64,000 bases of DNA from a virus (taxonomy: Duplodnaviria; Heunggongvirae; Uroviricota; Caudoviricetes): the IMG/VR virus record IMGVR_UViG_3300021310_000004. One strand, given 5' to 3'. Of this stretch, positions 9,801 through 19,059 are shown piece after piece. The notes beneath the pieces are model-generated. The model searched no databases and had not been told where the DNA came from. It saw nothing but the letters and a program-made list of their open reading frames with translations. Positions within the stretch are counted from its first letter, which is position 1. Each line of letters starts with the position of its first letter. Made by a program: the position numbers and the translations under genes.

Positions 9801-10556
9801 TTATTCAACATCGGACATATAAATCACATTCTCTTCCATATCATCTAACCGTAAACAGATAGCTCCGTACGTATCCTTATCTCGATTCGGATTTACGCTA
9901 AACGCACAACCACCATCGATAAGCACGACGTTTGCTTCTTTATAGGCTTCGATTCCGTCATCCATCATTTCTACTACGCGCTGCACCGGTACGTGACCAA
10001 TGATAAACGTAGTATCCGGGATGTTATAATCCGATATTGGCTTGTAAGTATCGAAACGAAATGGAGAGCACCATACGACACTAAATGACTTAATCGGTGT
10101 ACGTTCCTCATATGGAACATCAATCATATCTTCCTTGTAATACGAATGACTGAGGCAATACTTTTTGTTATTTACGTTAACCAGCGTCAAAACTTTTCTT
10201 GTTCGCAGCCATTGAAGCAAATCAACTCGTTCCGCAATTGGTAACTTAGAATATGCTTCAAATGTAATGTCTCCGCCGTTCATATCGAACCACAAATCCG
10301 CATCCGGTCCTGGTAAATCGTCCACGGATCCATCTTTCGCAACAGAATTTAGCATCATGTGTTCATGGTTCCCAAGCAAAAGATCCATATTCGATGCTGA
10401 TTTAATCATTTGCAGTAGTTCGATCCCATGCGGACCACGATCAATAGCATCGCCTAAGACGTACATATAATCTTTTTCCGAAAAGTCGATTCTTTTTAGA
10501 AGTTCCTTAAATATGTCAATCTGTCCATGTAAATCAGAAACAACATATGTAGCCAT
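9801..10556 (-). CDS. calcineurin-like metallophosphoesterase (PP-lambda/PrpE-like Ser/Thr phosphatase)
   Basis: DLHG..., GDAIDRG, GNHE motifs. Confidence 0.7.
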   Translation of the reverse strand: MATYVVSDLHGQIDIFKELLKRIDFSEKDYMYVLGDAIDRGPHGIELLQMIKSASNMDLLLGNHEHMMLNSVAKDGSVDDLPGPDADLWFDMNGGDITFEAYSKLPIAERVDLLQWLRTRKVLTLVNVNNKKYCLSHSYYKEDMIDVPYEERTPIKSFSVVWCSPFRFDTYKPISDYNIPDTTFIIGHVPVQRVVEMMDDGIEAYKEANVVLIDGGCAFSVNPNRDKDTYGAICLRLDDMEENVIYMSDVE

Positions 10557-10576
10557 AATTTTCCCTCCACACTGTT

Positions 10577-10610
10577 AATACGTATCATTGCACTACAATT
10601 TGTGACAAAA
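10577..10610 (-). promoter_or_regulatory. class A bipartite motif (TAATACGTATCATTG-N8-TTTGTGACAAAA) upstream of phosphoesterase gene
   Basis: 1 of 11 near-identical copies; functional sense is minus (TTTTGTCACAAA-N8-CAATGATACGTATTA). Confidence 0.5.
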
Positions 10611-10673
10611 TAAATATGATTTGTGTATTCGAAAACAAAAAAATAGCAACGTTTATTTACGCTGCTAAGTAAC

Positions 10674-10745
10674 AGAGGCAACAGGACTCGAACCTGTAAC
10701 GTTGAGGATCAAAGCCTCATGTTCTACCAATTGAACTATACCGCA
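10674..10745 (-). tRNA. tRNA-Gln(TTG)-like (two acceptor-stem mismatches)
   Basis: T-arm ACAGGTTCGAGTCCTGT; anticodon loop CTTTGAT. Confidence 0.45.
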
Positions 10746-10749
10746 TTAA

Positions 10750-10838
10750 CGCTCGCTACAGGACTCGAACCTGTGGACCAAATTTCTTTGATCAACTGAT
10801 TAGCAATCAGCCGCATTCACCAACTCTGCCAAACGAGC
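10750..10838 (-). tRNA. tRNA-Ser(GCT), type II
   Basis: cloverleaf hand-folded; loop TTGCTAA; long variable arm. Confidence 0.5.
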
Positions 10839-10842
10839 ATAG

Positions 10843-10916
10843 CAGGGGTAGAACGATTCGAACGCTCATAGAATCTTTCGATTCACGGTTTTGGAGACCG
10901 CTGTTTTACCATTAAA
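10843..10916 (-). tRNA. tRNA with CCA anticodon (Trp) and unusually extended variable region
   Basis: acceptor AGGGGTG/TACCCCT, loop CTCCAAA, 16-nt hairpin variable region. Confidence 0.4.
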
Positions 10917-10932
10917 CTACACCCCTATATAG

Positions 10933-11012
10933 AGATCCAGGTGGGATTTGAACCCACAACAATGTCATCCCAGATTTGCAGTCTGGAGCCTTACCAGTTT
11001 GGCTACTGGATC
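10933..11012 (-). tRNA. tRNA-Cys(GCA)
   Basis: perfect acceptor GATCCAG/CTGGATC; loop CTGCAAA. Confidence 0.5.
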
Positions 11013-11017
11013 ATAAA

Positions 11018-11099
11018 CGCCGTACACAGGATTCGAACCTGCAACCCATTACTGGGCCATGATTTTCAAGACCACTTCCTCACCACCCGGACATACGGC
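11018..11099 (-). tRNA. tRNA-Ser(TGA), type II
   Basis: loop CTTGAAA; variable hairpin CCCAGTAATGGG. Confidence 0.5.
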
Positions 11100-11103
11100 A
11101 TAT

Positions 11104-11250
11104 GAAATGAAACGCTGTGTCTGGGACTTGATTCTCAGCTACCGCTTCGGTCGGTGCTTCTACTTCGTAGAGGTGTCCACTGGACACCCGCACCCCAGAA
11201 GCCATCGCTGGCACCGGCTTTCGAGGTCGGTGTGTTTACCATATTCCACC
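11104..11250 (-). ncRNA. GC-rich structured spacer (stacked perfect hairpins GGTGTCCagtGGACACC, CTTCTACttcgTAGAAG) between tRNAs
   Basis: hairpins read directly; no ORF (11059..11397 ORF rejected). Confidence 0.3.
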
Positions 11251-11264
11251 AACACAGCTTATAG

Positions 11265-11346
11265 CGCCACCGATAGGATTCGAACCTATATACCCGTTAA
11301 GGCTACTGCGTTCCAAGCAGCTGCTCTACCATTGAGCGACGATGGC
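11265..11346 (-). tRNA. tRNA-Ser(GGA)-like, type II
   Basis: loop TTGGAAC, T-arm ATAGGTTCGAATCCTAT. Confidence 0.4.
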
Positions 11347-11577
11347 ATTAAAAAAGCACTCATTCAATTCATGGAGAAAAGAACAAGTGCCTTCTAGCTA
11401 AAATATATACTTAGTGCCGGAATACCGGTCATAATGTACCATTTTTGTTCCCATGAATCGTAACTATTGAATTTGCACCACAAATAGACCAACGACAAGA
11501 CTGTGATTGGCTACTAATGCTCTGTGAAATTCGTCTAATTACTAAGTTCTTCATGGTTTTTATTCCTTTCTACATTA

Positions 11578-11955
11578 TTATCTAAATTTGTAATATCGAT
11601 TTTCTTTCGTAAACATAGAAATATCTCCAGATGACATTCCGCTTTGTTCTTCTATTGATATCACAGGATGCCATACAGGGAATGGTTTTCCATGTATTAC
11701 ATGTGGCTGAAATCTGCAACGATATATTTTACCATCTACAATCCACTTCAATCCTCTAAATTCGAACAAAAGTCCATTAGCAGCGCTTCCAACGCAACAA
11801 AAATCTCCAGGACGAATAAAATCAGAAACTATAGACATGTTTATTCCATCTTTATTTTGCACTGCCTTTTCGATGATACTGTATAACAACTCTATTTCAG
11901 CGCTGCTATATTCAAATGGTTCAATCATATTTATGTTCCTTTTTACAAGAATCAT
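11578..11955 (-). CDS. hypothetical protein
   Basis: ORF between tRNA blocks. Confidence 0.35.
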   Translation of the reverse strand: MILVKRNINMIEPFEYSSAEIELLYSIIEKAVQNKDGINMSIVSDFIRPGDFCCVGSAANGLLFEFRGLKWIVDGKIYRCRFQPHVIHGKPFPVWHPVISIEEQSGMSSGDISMFTKENRYYKFR

Positions 11956-12060
11956 TCCTTTCTCATTCTCTCCGCAAAGAGCGAGCTTTCATCAAGCCGA
12001 TAATACGACGCATCGCTTACCGTGCCGCTATGGCTATCCGAAGATACCGACGGGATATAG

Positions 12061-12135
12061 TTGCGGATATGGGAGTCGAACCCACTATTTCAAGTTTATG
12101 AGGCTCGTGTGATAAATCCGTTTCACTCATCCGCA
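12061..12135 (-). tRNA. tRNA-Met(CAT) family (Met/fMet/Ile2 not distinguishable)
   Basis: perfect acceptor TGCGGAT/ATCCGCA; loop CTCATAA. Confidence 0.55.
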
Positions 12136-12136
12136 A

Positions 12137-12209
<73 letters not shown>

Positions 12210-12300
12210 ATATTGGGGCGGTTGGCGAGACCGTTTTCTGCTCTTGGCTTCCCAAAGCCTCAAAGTGTTTTCCCTGGGAACATACACATAACCCACGTAA

Positions 12301-12374
12301 TGATTCCAGGGAGACTCGAACTCCCATTTCCGACTTGAAAGGCCGGTGAACTAGACCAGTTATTCGATGGAACC
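12301..12374 (-). tRNA. tRNA-Glu(TTC)
   Basis: loop CTTTCAA. Confidence 0.6.
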
Positions 12375-12459
12375 ATATTAGCGGAATCCTGGGTTTCTAC
12401 CAGTGTTTACCTCGCTCCGAATATCGGGGCAAGGGCTTGCGTTAGGCAAATCCCGCCAG

Positions 12460-12532
12460 AACAGGTAACGGGGATCGAACCCGTGTATCCGACTTGGCAA
12501 GCCGGTGCTTTAACCAACTAAGCTACACCTGC
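12460..12532 (-). tRNA. tRNA-Gly(GCC)
   Basis: loop TTGCCAA. Confidence 0.6.
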
Positions 12533-12666
12533 ATATCCGGTGCAAATTGATATCATGGCCGGGATATCAATCCATAGGTACTTCTAACCGGACGTACCCA
12601 AACCCCTGTCTTGGCCTTCGACTTGACTCACAAGAGTCTGACATTGCCATAGGAATTGCAACGTTA

Positions 12667-12752
12667 GGGTGAAGGAGGAGACTTGAACTCCCACGGGATT
12701 TCTCCCGGCGGATCCACAATCCGCTGCGTCTACCAATTTCGCCACCGACACC
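12667..12752 (-). tRNA. type II tRNA-like with Leu-like body but GTG (His) anticodon reading; acceptor has 2 mismatches
   Basis: GTGGCGAAATTGGTAGACGC D-arm, loop TTGTGGA, long variable arm. Confidence 0.3.
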
Positions 12753-12892
12753 ATAGGTGCAGCAACGGTTCCCGCCGGGAAGCCTTTTGACTTCGGAGCC
12801 ACCGCTACACCATAAGCATAATGCCAACGTATTATATACATCCGCGTTGGTTCGGATTCAGCCCATAGCCACACAAAGGATAGCCGGGTAGT

Positions 12893-12964
12893 TGGAATGA
12901 CAGGGTTTGAACCTGCGACCTCTTGATCCCAAATCAAGCGTTCTCCCAAACTGAACTACATTCC
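12893..12964 (-). tRNA. tRNA-Pro(TGG)
   Basis: loop TTTGGGA; clean cloverleaf. Confidence 0.65.
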
Positions 12965-13137
12965 AATATGGTCTATAGGATAACTACTGGCGTCCTGCCC
13001 AGCATTTAACTCATTTCATATCCTGCGTTCTCTGTCAAAGACCCGTGACAGGCTTTCTTTAGCGGATTAGCTCGCTCCTACCACCTAGACATCGCCCTTT
13101 CAGACTTTGCCATTTCGCGAATGATGGATTCGGATCA

Positions 13138-13208
13138 TGCCCCGCGATGGAATCGAACCACCGACTTCTTCTTGTAAGGGAGACGTATTCCCATTATACT
13201 AGCGGGAC
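13138..13208 (-). tRNA. tRNA-Val(TAC)
   Basis: loop CTTACAA. Confidence 0.55.
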
Positions 13209-13242
13209 AAATAGTTATTTTGAATGGAATTTCTTTCCAGCG

Positions 13243-13315
13243 TGCCTGCACTGGGGCTTGAACCCAGGATCTTCGGATTAAGAGTCCGCTGCTCTCCCAT
13301 CTGAGCTACACAGGC
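13243..13315 (-). tRNA. tRNA-Lys(CTT)
   Basis: loop CTCTTAA. Confidence 0.6.
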
Positions 13316-13333
13316 GTATTTCATATTCACTTA

Positions 13334-13370
13334 TAATACGTATCATTGCGATGCGTTTTGTGACAAAATG
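13334..13370 (-). promoter_or_regulatory. class A bipartite motif upstream of tRNA block
   Basis: TAATACGTATCATTG-N8-TTTTGTGACAAAA. Confidence 0.5.
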
Positions 13371-13440
13371 CGCCTGACAGGATTCGAACCTGCGATATAC
13401 CGGTTAAAAGCCGGTTGCCATACCACTTGGCTACAGACGC
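13369..13440 (-). tRNA. tRNA-Lys(TTT)
   Basis: loop CTTTTAA. Confidence 0.6.
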
Positions 13441-13555
13441 CCATTTACTTTGGTTTTCGATACTTTCGTTTCTGTTTTCGCTTCATTGTTATACCTCTAT
13501 TCTTTTTAGTACATGTTCAACAATAGCTGAACGGCTTATAAGTTCCCAATATGTT

Positions 13556-13810
13556 CTATCCATTCGACTCGATTTCAAACTCAATCATTGATAATAGTTT
13601 TTTTAAAGCAGCCGATTCATCACTGGTAGACAACCGAATCCTTTGCCGGCCACGTTCATCATTGATATAAACATCATACATATTACTATCTGGATTCAAA
13701 CAGTATCCCATAACAAACCCGGCCTTACTATTTTCTTCCAGTATTACATCCCACATACCAATTTCGGCCTTCTTCTCGTTAATTATGTTCAAATATTCTT
13801 CCTTGTTCAT
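13556..13810 (-). CDS. hypothetical protein
   Basis: ORF inside tRNA region with plausible start context. Confidence 0.4.
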   Translation of the reverse strand: MNKEEYLNIINEKKAEIGMWDVILEENSKAGFVMGYCLNPDSNMYDVYINDERGRQRIRLSTSDESAALKKLLSMIEFEIESNG

Positions 13811-13863
13811 TTATAAATCCTCTATCCATATACAACCAGGATATATTTATACCTTTTGAGGAA

Positions 13864-13937
13864 TACCCCTTCCGAGATTCGAACTCGGAAAAACTTGATT
13901 TTGAATCAAGCGTGTATGCCAGTTCCACCAAAGGGGC
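13864..13937 (-). tRNA. tRNA with CAA (Leu) anticodon but short (type I) variable loop
   Basis: loop TTCAAAA; variable TTTTT; discriminator A. Confidence 0.4.
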
Positions 13938-13941
13938 CTAG

Positions 13942-14022
13942 TACAGGTGAAGGGATTCGAACCCTCAAGCTCTAGGCCACCTGATCCTAAGTCAGGCCTC
14001 TGTTCCATTCGAGTACACCTGC
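13942..14022 (-). tRNA. tRNA-Leu(TAG), type II
   Basis: loop CTTAGGA; long variable arm. Confidence 0.5.
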
Positions 14023-14027
14023 ATAAG

Positions 14028-14112
14028 TGCTCCCGATGGGACTTGAACCCATACGTCATTTAAGACCTCGGTTTTTAAGACCGATGCGTGCTGCCAATTA
14101 CGCCACGAGAGC
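14028..14112 (-). tRNA. tRNA-Leu(TAA), type II
   Basis: loop CTTAAAA. Confidence 0.5.
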
Positions 14113-14199
14113 ATGTGCTATTCAGTTTTAAGTTCATAAGTCGGAGTCGTAATCGTAACAACATCGTTTTTTAATTCCTTTCTTTTAATATCTATAAAG

Positions 14200-14282
14200 A
14201 GCTCCGTGTAGGATTCGAACCTACGTGAGGTTTCCCTATCTGCTTACAAGGCAGGTGCAATCGTCCACTATGCGAACGGAGC
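14200..14282 (-). tRNA. tRNA-like, anticodon reading TGT with 14-nt variable region (atypical)
   Basis: acceptor GCTCCGT/ACGGAGC, loop CTTGTAA. Confidence 0.35.
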
Positions 14283-14349
14283 ATATAATAGATTAGAACT
14301 GCGATGTTCCGATTGGATACGGTTAGTCCACAGACTAATCTATTTTAAG

Positions 14350-14421
14350 AGCACTATACGGGATTCGAACCCGTGTCCCCGGCTTGGAAGGCCAGAATCT
14401 TGACCACTAGACGAATAGTGC
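14350..14421 (-). tRNA. tRNA-Gly(TCC)
   Basis: loop CTTCCAA. Confidence 0.6.
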
Positions 14422-14533
14422 ATATGTGAAAGTCTTTTGCGGTGGCAATCAACGCCAAACCTATTATCCATTCTGGATCGTGGCTCCTGCACCATTGTTG
14501 CTTTGTTCCTATCGGGACCCGCGACTTTCACAG

Positions 14534-14606
14534 TGGAGTATACGGGGATCGAACCCGCCATCTTCTGGTTGCAAGCCAGACGGCACCCCATTGCGCCTTA
14601 TACCCC
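14534..14606 (-). tRNA. tRNA-Ala(TGC)
   Basis: loop CTTGCAA. Confidence 0.6.
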
Positions 14607-14609
14607 ATA

Positions 14610-14690
14610 TATTACGGTGTACTGTAGCCGGATTCGAACCGGCGCATCACTACCACTGTAGCTGCCTTAACCGCTTGGCTATACAGCGCC
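14610..14690 (-). tRNA. tRNA-like element, anticodon undetermined
   Basis: T-arm GCCGGTTCGAATCCGGC, D-arm AGCCAAGCGGTTAAGGC; anticodon arm non-canonical. Confidence 0.3.
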
Positions 14691-14798
14691 TGTAACCTTC
14701 TATAATCTCTTAGGCACCGTGTCATTAGGGCTAATTAACTATAGGACCAGCAAGACGTACTAAAATCTGACTAAAAATTAGTACCGCTTGGAATTAAG

Positions 14799-14872
14799 CG
14801 ACTACAGTGGGACTCGAACCCACGATCTCCTGATAGACAGTCAGGCGGATTAACCAACTCTCCTATGCAGCC
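14799..14872 (-). tRNA. tRNA-Asp(GTC)
   Basis: loop CTGTCTA. Confidence 0.6.
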
Positions 14873-14954
14873 ATATCATCCGGAGCCTTTCTTACTCCGG
14901 ATATATTATTTTTGTTCGTAGATAAAGAAGTGCCTGTTTTCTTATATCCACTAA

Positions 14955-15027
14955 TCACCTCTGTGGGATTCGAACCCGCGTTTCGAGATTGAGAATCTCG
15001 TATCCTAGGCCTCTAGACGAAGAGGTG
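14955..15027 (-). tRNA. tRNA-Glu(CTC)
   Basis: Glu-type D-arm TCGTCTAGAGGCCTAGGA; loop TTCTCAA. Confidence 0.55.
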
Positions 15028-15047
15028 ATTCATAATGTTCACAGAAT

Positions 15048-15150
15048 CAATGCAGATGGATTCGAACCACCGCTCTATCCGCCCTGTCCGGGCGTTGTTT
15101 TGCCTTTGGAGTATGTCGGCTCCTACAAACTATACACCGTATGTGAACAT
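15048..15150 (-). tRNA. long tRNA-like element (about 100 nt), anticodon undetermined
   Basis: T-arm GGTGGTTCGAATCCATC; no canonical fold found by hand. Confidence 0.25.
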
Positions 15151-15248
15151 TATCTTCTGCCGTATTGATTACACCTCTTGTCCTCAGAGGAATCGACAGG
15201 ACTTGTACCCAACATACTTGGACTTTGTACATCGAATACAAGAATTCA

Positions 15249-15321
15249 GTGTCCCCGGATGGAATCGGACCACCGCGTTCCGGGCTTCAACCGGATGCTC
15301 TGCCAACTGAGCTACAAGGAC
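15249..15321 (-). tRNA. tRNA-Phe(GAA)
   Basis: stem TCCGG/CCGGA loop TTGAAGC. Confidence 0.55.
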
Positions 15322-15431
15322 TTGTTTGAAGCATTAAAGTCGCTTCAATTCACTGCGTATTTTATTAAGGTAACATTTGCTCTAACCCTTCGCGCCAGAT
15401 AAAACATATGTTAAACCCGGTACGAGTCCCA

Positions 15432-15515
15432 AGCCAGAGAGTCGAACTCTGCGAGCACAAGTGCGGAGGATTTACAGTCCACCCCGTCTCCGTAACGGTT
15501 TAGCAAGGGTTACTT
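15432..15515 (-). tRNA. type II tRNA-like, GTA (Tyr) anticodon reading; acceptor imperfect
   Basis: loop CTGTAAA; T-arm CAGAGTTCGACTCTCTG. Confidence 0.3.
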
Positions 15516-15602
15516 ATATTGGTTGCTATAATAATAATCAACCATACTATCACCTTCCTTTTGTATTTGTTTTGATAAAGGGTGCCTGTTCCTTCATCGT
15601 AG

Positions 15603-15675
15603 CGGGTCCAACAGGCTTCGAACCTGTGACCTTCCGGTTAACGGCCGGACGCTCTACCAACTGAGCTATGGATCC
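15603..15675 (-). tRNA. tRNA-Asn(GTT)
   Basis: loop CCGTTAA. Confidence 0.6.
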
Positions 15676-15786
15676 AAAATAAAAAGCCATCTATGATGGT
15701 TCTACTCCATTCACAGACGGCTTAAATCGCTCGTATATTAGCTTCTATAACCTTTTATAACGGTTAGGATACATTTCCTAGTCCCA

Positions 15787-15963
15787 TCACGTTAGTCGCT
15801 TATATCGCCCGTTATGGAGTATATTCGTATTCTTGTTATGATTCCAAAATGTAGGTACATAATCATACCCACGTTCTGTATTCTGGCATGACAAACTAAA
15901 CATATGAATCGCTTCATCTGCTGTATGTTTGATATTGAGTTGTCTAAGCTCTAATGCCTTCAT
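15787..15963 (-). CDS. small hypothetical protein (58 aa), not in the supplied ORF track
   Basis: AAAGAAAGGAA RBS before ATG; lies downstream of class A motif copy 3. Confidence 0.4.
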   Translation of the reverse strand: MKALELRQLNIKHTADEAIHMFSLSCQNTERGYDYVPTFWNHNKNTNILHNGRYKRLT

Positions 15964-16007
15964 AACAATAATTCCTTTCTTTATTTCTTATTACAATTAT
16001 AATACGT

Positions 16008-16034
16008 ATCATTTGGACACGTTTTGTGACAAAC
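16008..16034 (-). promoter_or_regulatory. class A bipartite motif
   Basis: ATAATACGTATCATTTGG-N-GTTTTGTGACAAAC. Confidence 0.45.
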
Positions 16035-16273
16035 TTTTTTTAAATTAACAAAAAAGAAGTGCTTATCTCATATCCAATCAAAACTACGACCCGGCGGTAG
16101 ATACTGCATATGCAGCTCCCCTGTGGTGTACTATACTTTTGATTAGATATCGGACAGGCACTTCCTTTATCTATATAGCATGATATACCACGAACATATT
16201 TTTGTCAACACCTATTTTTTATTTTTTTAATGTGTACCATGTAAACGAGCAATCACAAATTCTTCGTTGCTGA

Positions 16274-16465
16274 TTAAGGCTTAATCTTTTCTCCGCAAAA
16301 TGGACAAAATTTAATATCTACATTTATCTCAGCGGTACAAACTTGTTCTTTGTAAGACTTAACAACGAATGTATCTCCGACAATAAAAGATCTACTATAA
16401 TCATTATCGCTTGCTTGATGATTTGTGATATATATAGCGCCTTTGGAACAATATTTACATTTCAT
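16274..16465 (-). CDS. small zinc-ribbon protein
   Basis: CKYC...CPFCG. Confidence 0.4.
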   Translation of the reverse strand: MKCKYCSKGAIYITNHQASDNDYSRSFIVGDTFVVKSYKEQVCTAEINVDIKFCPFCGEKIKP

Positions 16466-16580
16466 TTATTTATATTCCTTTCTTTTGTCATAGTAACTGC
16501 TACACTCTGTCATAGTAAGTGCAACACAAGCGTTGCACTTACCTTGACAATCTTCCAAAAGTTTTTGCAATATCCTTAGA

Positions 16581-17174
16581 CTACCAATAGAGCCCAAAAA
16601 TCATATACAAAAACAAGAATAATGCGTATATGAATCCAAAGGATGCGACAACCAAAACGATTCTTCTGGTGATCCAATACCACCACTTGTACTGGCCGAG
16701 CTTTGCTTTCAATAACCAGATGCCACCCTTGTTGCTCTTTCTTCGGTTACAAGAATGACATGCTGCGCACAAATTCTTTGGATCATTAACAGAGTCCATC
16801 CCACGCCGTAACAAATATCGTTGTCCGGCTTTTGTTTTCGCTTTTCGGACCGGGTAAATATGATCCACTTCCACTTGTTTCCGTTTCAATCGTCTTCCAC
16901 AATACCGGCACCGATACTTATCCTCTTTATTGGCATTCGCTTTAAAAAACTCCTGTCTGTACGTATTAGAGCGCGCCATGCTTTCCGGGTACACATGCAA
17001 TACCAAATAGTGGTTCCTTTTTAATAGTTTCTTATGTTGCACAACATTATCATCGTCCACCTGAATCGAATACTGATACTTGCTAAACTGATTCAAGTTA
17101 TACGACGGATCCTGTAATGCTGGATTAAAAAATGGGTTCTTTGAGTTTTTTGTTTGTTTGAAATCAATATACAT
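16581..17174 (-). CDS. HNH endonuclease
   Basis: CRYCGRR...VDHIYPV...CAACHSCNRRK. Confidence 0.6.
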   Translation of the reverse strand: MYIDFKQTKNSKNPFFNPALQDPSYNLNQFSKYQYSIQVDDDNVVQHKKLLKRNHYLVLHVYPESMARSNTYRQEFFKANANKEDKYRCRYCGRRLKRKQVEVDHIYPVRKAKTKAGQRYLLRRGMDSVNDPKNLCAACHSCNRRKSNKGGIWLLKAKLGQYKWWYWITRRIVLVVASFGFIYALFLFLYMIFGLYW

Positions 17175-17175
17175 G

Positions 17176-17235
17176 CTTTAAATATGCATACGTTTTTCGG
17201 AAACTAATCCTTTCACATATTTAACATATAAAACC
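17176..17235. promoter_or_regulatory. divergent class B promoter region (TTAAATATG-N7-TTTTCGGAAACTAA minus-sense; CACATATTTAAC plus-sense)
   Basis: same motif family as more than 20 other sites; precedes plus-strand operon 17257-18773. Confidence 0.45.
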
Positions 17236-17256
17236 AAGCCATATTGAAAGGAGAAT

Positions 17257-17472
17257 ATGAATATGAGAAAGAAGTATCGTGTGACCGGTTCCGTCATGAA
17301 GTTCGGCGTCTGTATCGGCAAGAAAACCAAAGAAACAGTTGCTGAGAATGTATCAAAGGCAAAGAACAACGCTATGTACCAGGTGAAGAAGGATCTAAAC
17401 CTTGGTAACAGTACCCGGTTATCCTGGGGTGGCGATGTTGTTGTGACTGATTTAGGCGGAGCATATTACTAA
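17257..17472 (+). CDS. hypothetical small protein
   Basis: GAAAGGAGAA RBS. Confidence 0.45.
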   Translation: MNMRKKYRVTGSVMKFGVCIGKKTKETVAENVSKAKNNAMYQVKKDLNLGNSTRLSWGGDVVVTDLGGAYY

Positions 17473-17580
17473 GAGAATGGAGCCAGCAATGGCTCCTTTT
17501 TTCTTAGACTTTTTTTGCACCATATTTATAATTGCAAACCTTGTAAAAATACAAGCAGATATAAGAAAGGAGAATAAACT

Positions 17581-17724
17581 ATGTCTGACATTACAAGAAA
17601 ACTTAATACTGAAGCTGCTATGGAAATGGAGTTGTATATGTTGCTTTGTGAACGATTAACTGTCGCTCCAACCATATCAGTCATGTCAACGATTCTTGAC
17701 GATGGCAAAAAGGAGGTAGCTTAA
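17581..17724 (+). CDS. small hypothetical protein (47 aa), not in the supplied ORF track
   Basis: AGAAAGGAGAATAAACT-ATG; stop overlaps flap-endonuclease start (TAATG). Confidence 0.4.
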   Translation: MSDITRKLNTEAAMEMELYMLLCERLTVAPTISVMSTILDDGKKEVA

Positions 17725-18773
17725 TGAATAATCTACTAGTTGTAGACGGTTCTGCGCTGTTGAATATCATCTTTTTCGCATCCATTAGTGACGTGTCGAA
17801 GCAAATCAAGGACGTTGATGTTGTGGATCAGGTTATTGATGGATATTTCCGCACCGGGCACGGTCATTACACCGAGAATGTCGGTGCGTTTATTTCAATG
17901 GTGCTCACATTAAAGAGACAAACCATCTCTGATTCCGTTGTTGTTTGCTTTGATAAAAGCTCTGATTCTACATTTCGTAAGAAACAGTATCCGGCCTACA
18001 AAGCAAATCGTAACAGACGTCCCAAGGCAATTAAGGACCAGATGAAGGTGCTGCACTGCATCTTAAACAATGTTGGTATCAAGTGTTTTTGGGCTGATCA
18101 GTTTGAGGCGGATGATCTGGCTGGTTCTATTATCCAGCACTTTAAAGGTGAGTTCGATAATGTGTACTTTTACACAAAGGACCGGGATTGGTTCCAGTTA
18201 TTGGACGAGAATGTCAAGGGTATCATCCCAATGAGATCTGAGGATGAAGCTGATGGCTTCCGCTGCTACTATCAGGGCGTAGAAGAAAACGACCCATTTA
18301 AGCGCGGTGGTGCAAAGGCTGTCGGTAGAAATTTATGTGTGACGAAAGACATATGTAAAGAACTGTTTGGCGTGTATCCAGAACAGGTTGTTGATTTTAA
18401 GGCACTTGCTGGCGACAAATCAGATAATATTCCTGGAGTAAAGGGCGTAGGTGATGACACCGCAAGAGCGCTCTTAGACTTATTTGGAACGTTGTCTGGT
18501 GTGTATAATCAGGTTGATTCTTGTACCGAGGATTCATTTAAGTCTTCTACAAAGGCTTATATGAAACGGAGCCCATATAAGAATCTTGTTGCCGGGAAGC
18601 AAAGCGCATATGAATCTTATTGGTTAGCTACAATTAAGACCGATATTCCGATTCCATATGCTGCTTCGTATTTGTCTTGTAACATCGATTTAGACGTTTT
18701 GCGACAGGCGATTGAAATCTACAATCTGGAGAGCGATTTGGATTGGTTCGTTAAACCGGAACTGTCTTATTAA
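17724..18773 (+). CDS. 5'-3' exonuclease / flap endonuclease (PIN + H3TH)
   Basis: LLVVDGSALL..., ALAGDKSDNIPGVKGVG H3TH motif. Confidence 0.75.
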   Translation: MNNLLVVDGSALLNIIFFASISDVSKQIKDVDVVDQVIDGYFRTGHGHYTENVGAFISMVLTLKRQTISDSVVVCFDKSSDSTFRKKQYPAYKANRNRRPKAIKDQMKVLHCILNNVGIKCFWADQFEADDLAGSIIQHFKGEFDNVYFYTKDRDWFQLLDENVKGIIPMRSEDEADGFRCYYQGVEENDPFKRGGAKAVGRNLCVTKDICKELFGVYPEQVVDFKALAGDKSDNIPGVKGVGDDTARALLDLFGTLSGVYNQVDSCTEDSFKSSTKAYMKRSPYKNLVAGKQSAYESYWLATIKTDIPIPYAASYLSCNIDLDVLRQAIEIYNLESDLDWFVKPELSY

Positions 18774-18786
18774 ACCAAAAAGAAAG

Positions 18787-18816
18787 AAGCCCTTTATTGA
18801 GGCTTCTTTTTTATTT
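18787..18816 (+). terminator. rho-independent terminator (GAAGCCCtttattgAGGCTTC + T-run)
   Basis: hairpin plus T-run immediately after flap-endonuclease gene. Confidence 0.6.
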
Positions 18817-18979
18817 CCTTTTCAAGTTCTTCTACTCGTTTCTCAAGATTACTCATCTCACTTGCCATTTTGTATATATAGATGCATAATCCGATCAAAA
18901 ATGCGATGCATACAATCACCAGTACGATGAGGTAAAAATCATGAAGATGTGCCATCATGAACAAATAAATACTATCCAT
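18794..18979 (-). CDS. small membrane protein with coiled-coil tail
   Basis: hydrophobic helix + LEKRVEELEKEIKK. Confidence 0.35.
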   Translation of the reverse strand: MDSIYLFMMAHLHDFYLIVLVIVCIAFLIGLCIYIYKMASEMSNLEKRVEELEKEIKKKPQ

Positions 18980-19059
18980 AGAGTACTCCTTTCTGATTCC
19001 GATTATATCAGATTCTTCGTAAAAAGAAAGAAGCCCCAGAATGAGGCTCCTTTATGATG

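Noticed and set aside
11104-11346. tmRNA (ssrA) at the GC-rich structured segment
   Set aside because: No tag-peptide reading frame ending in ...AA-stop and no tmRNA-like 5' acceptor/3' T-arm pairing could be found. The segment is better described as a tRNA-Ser plus a hairpin-rich spacer.
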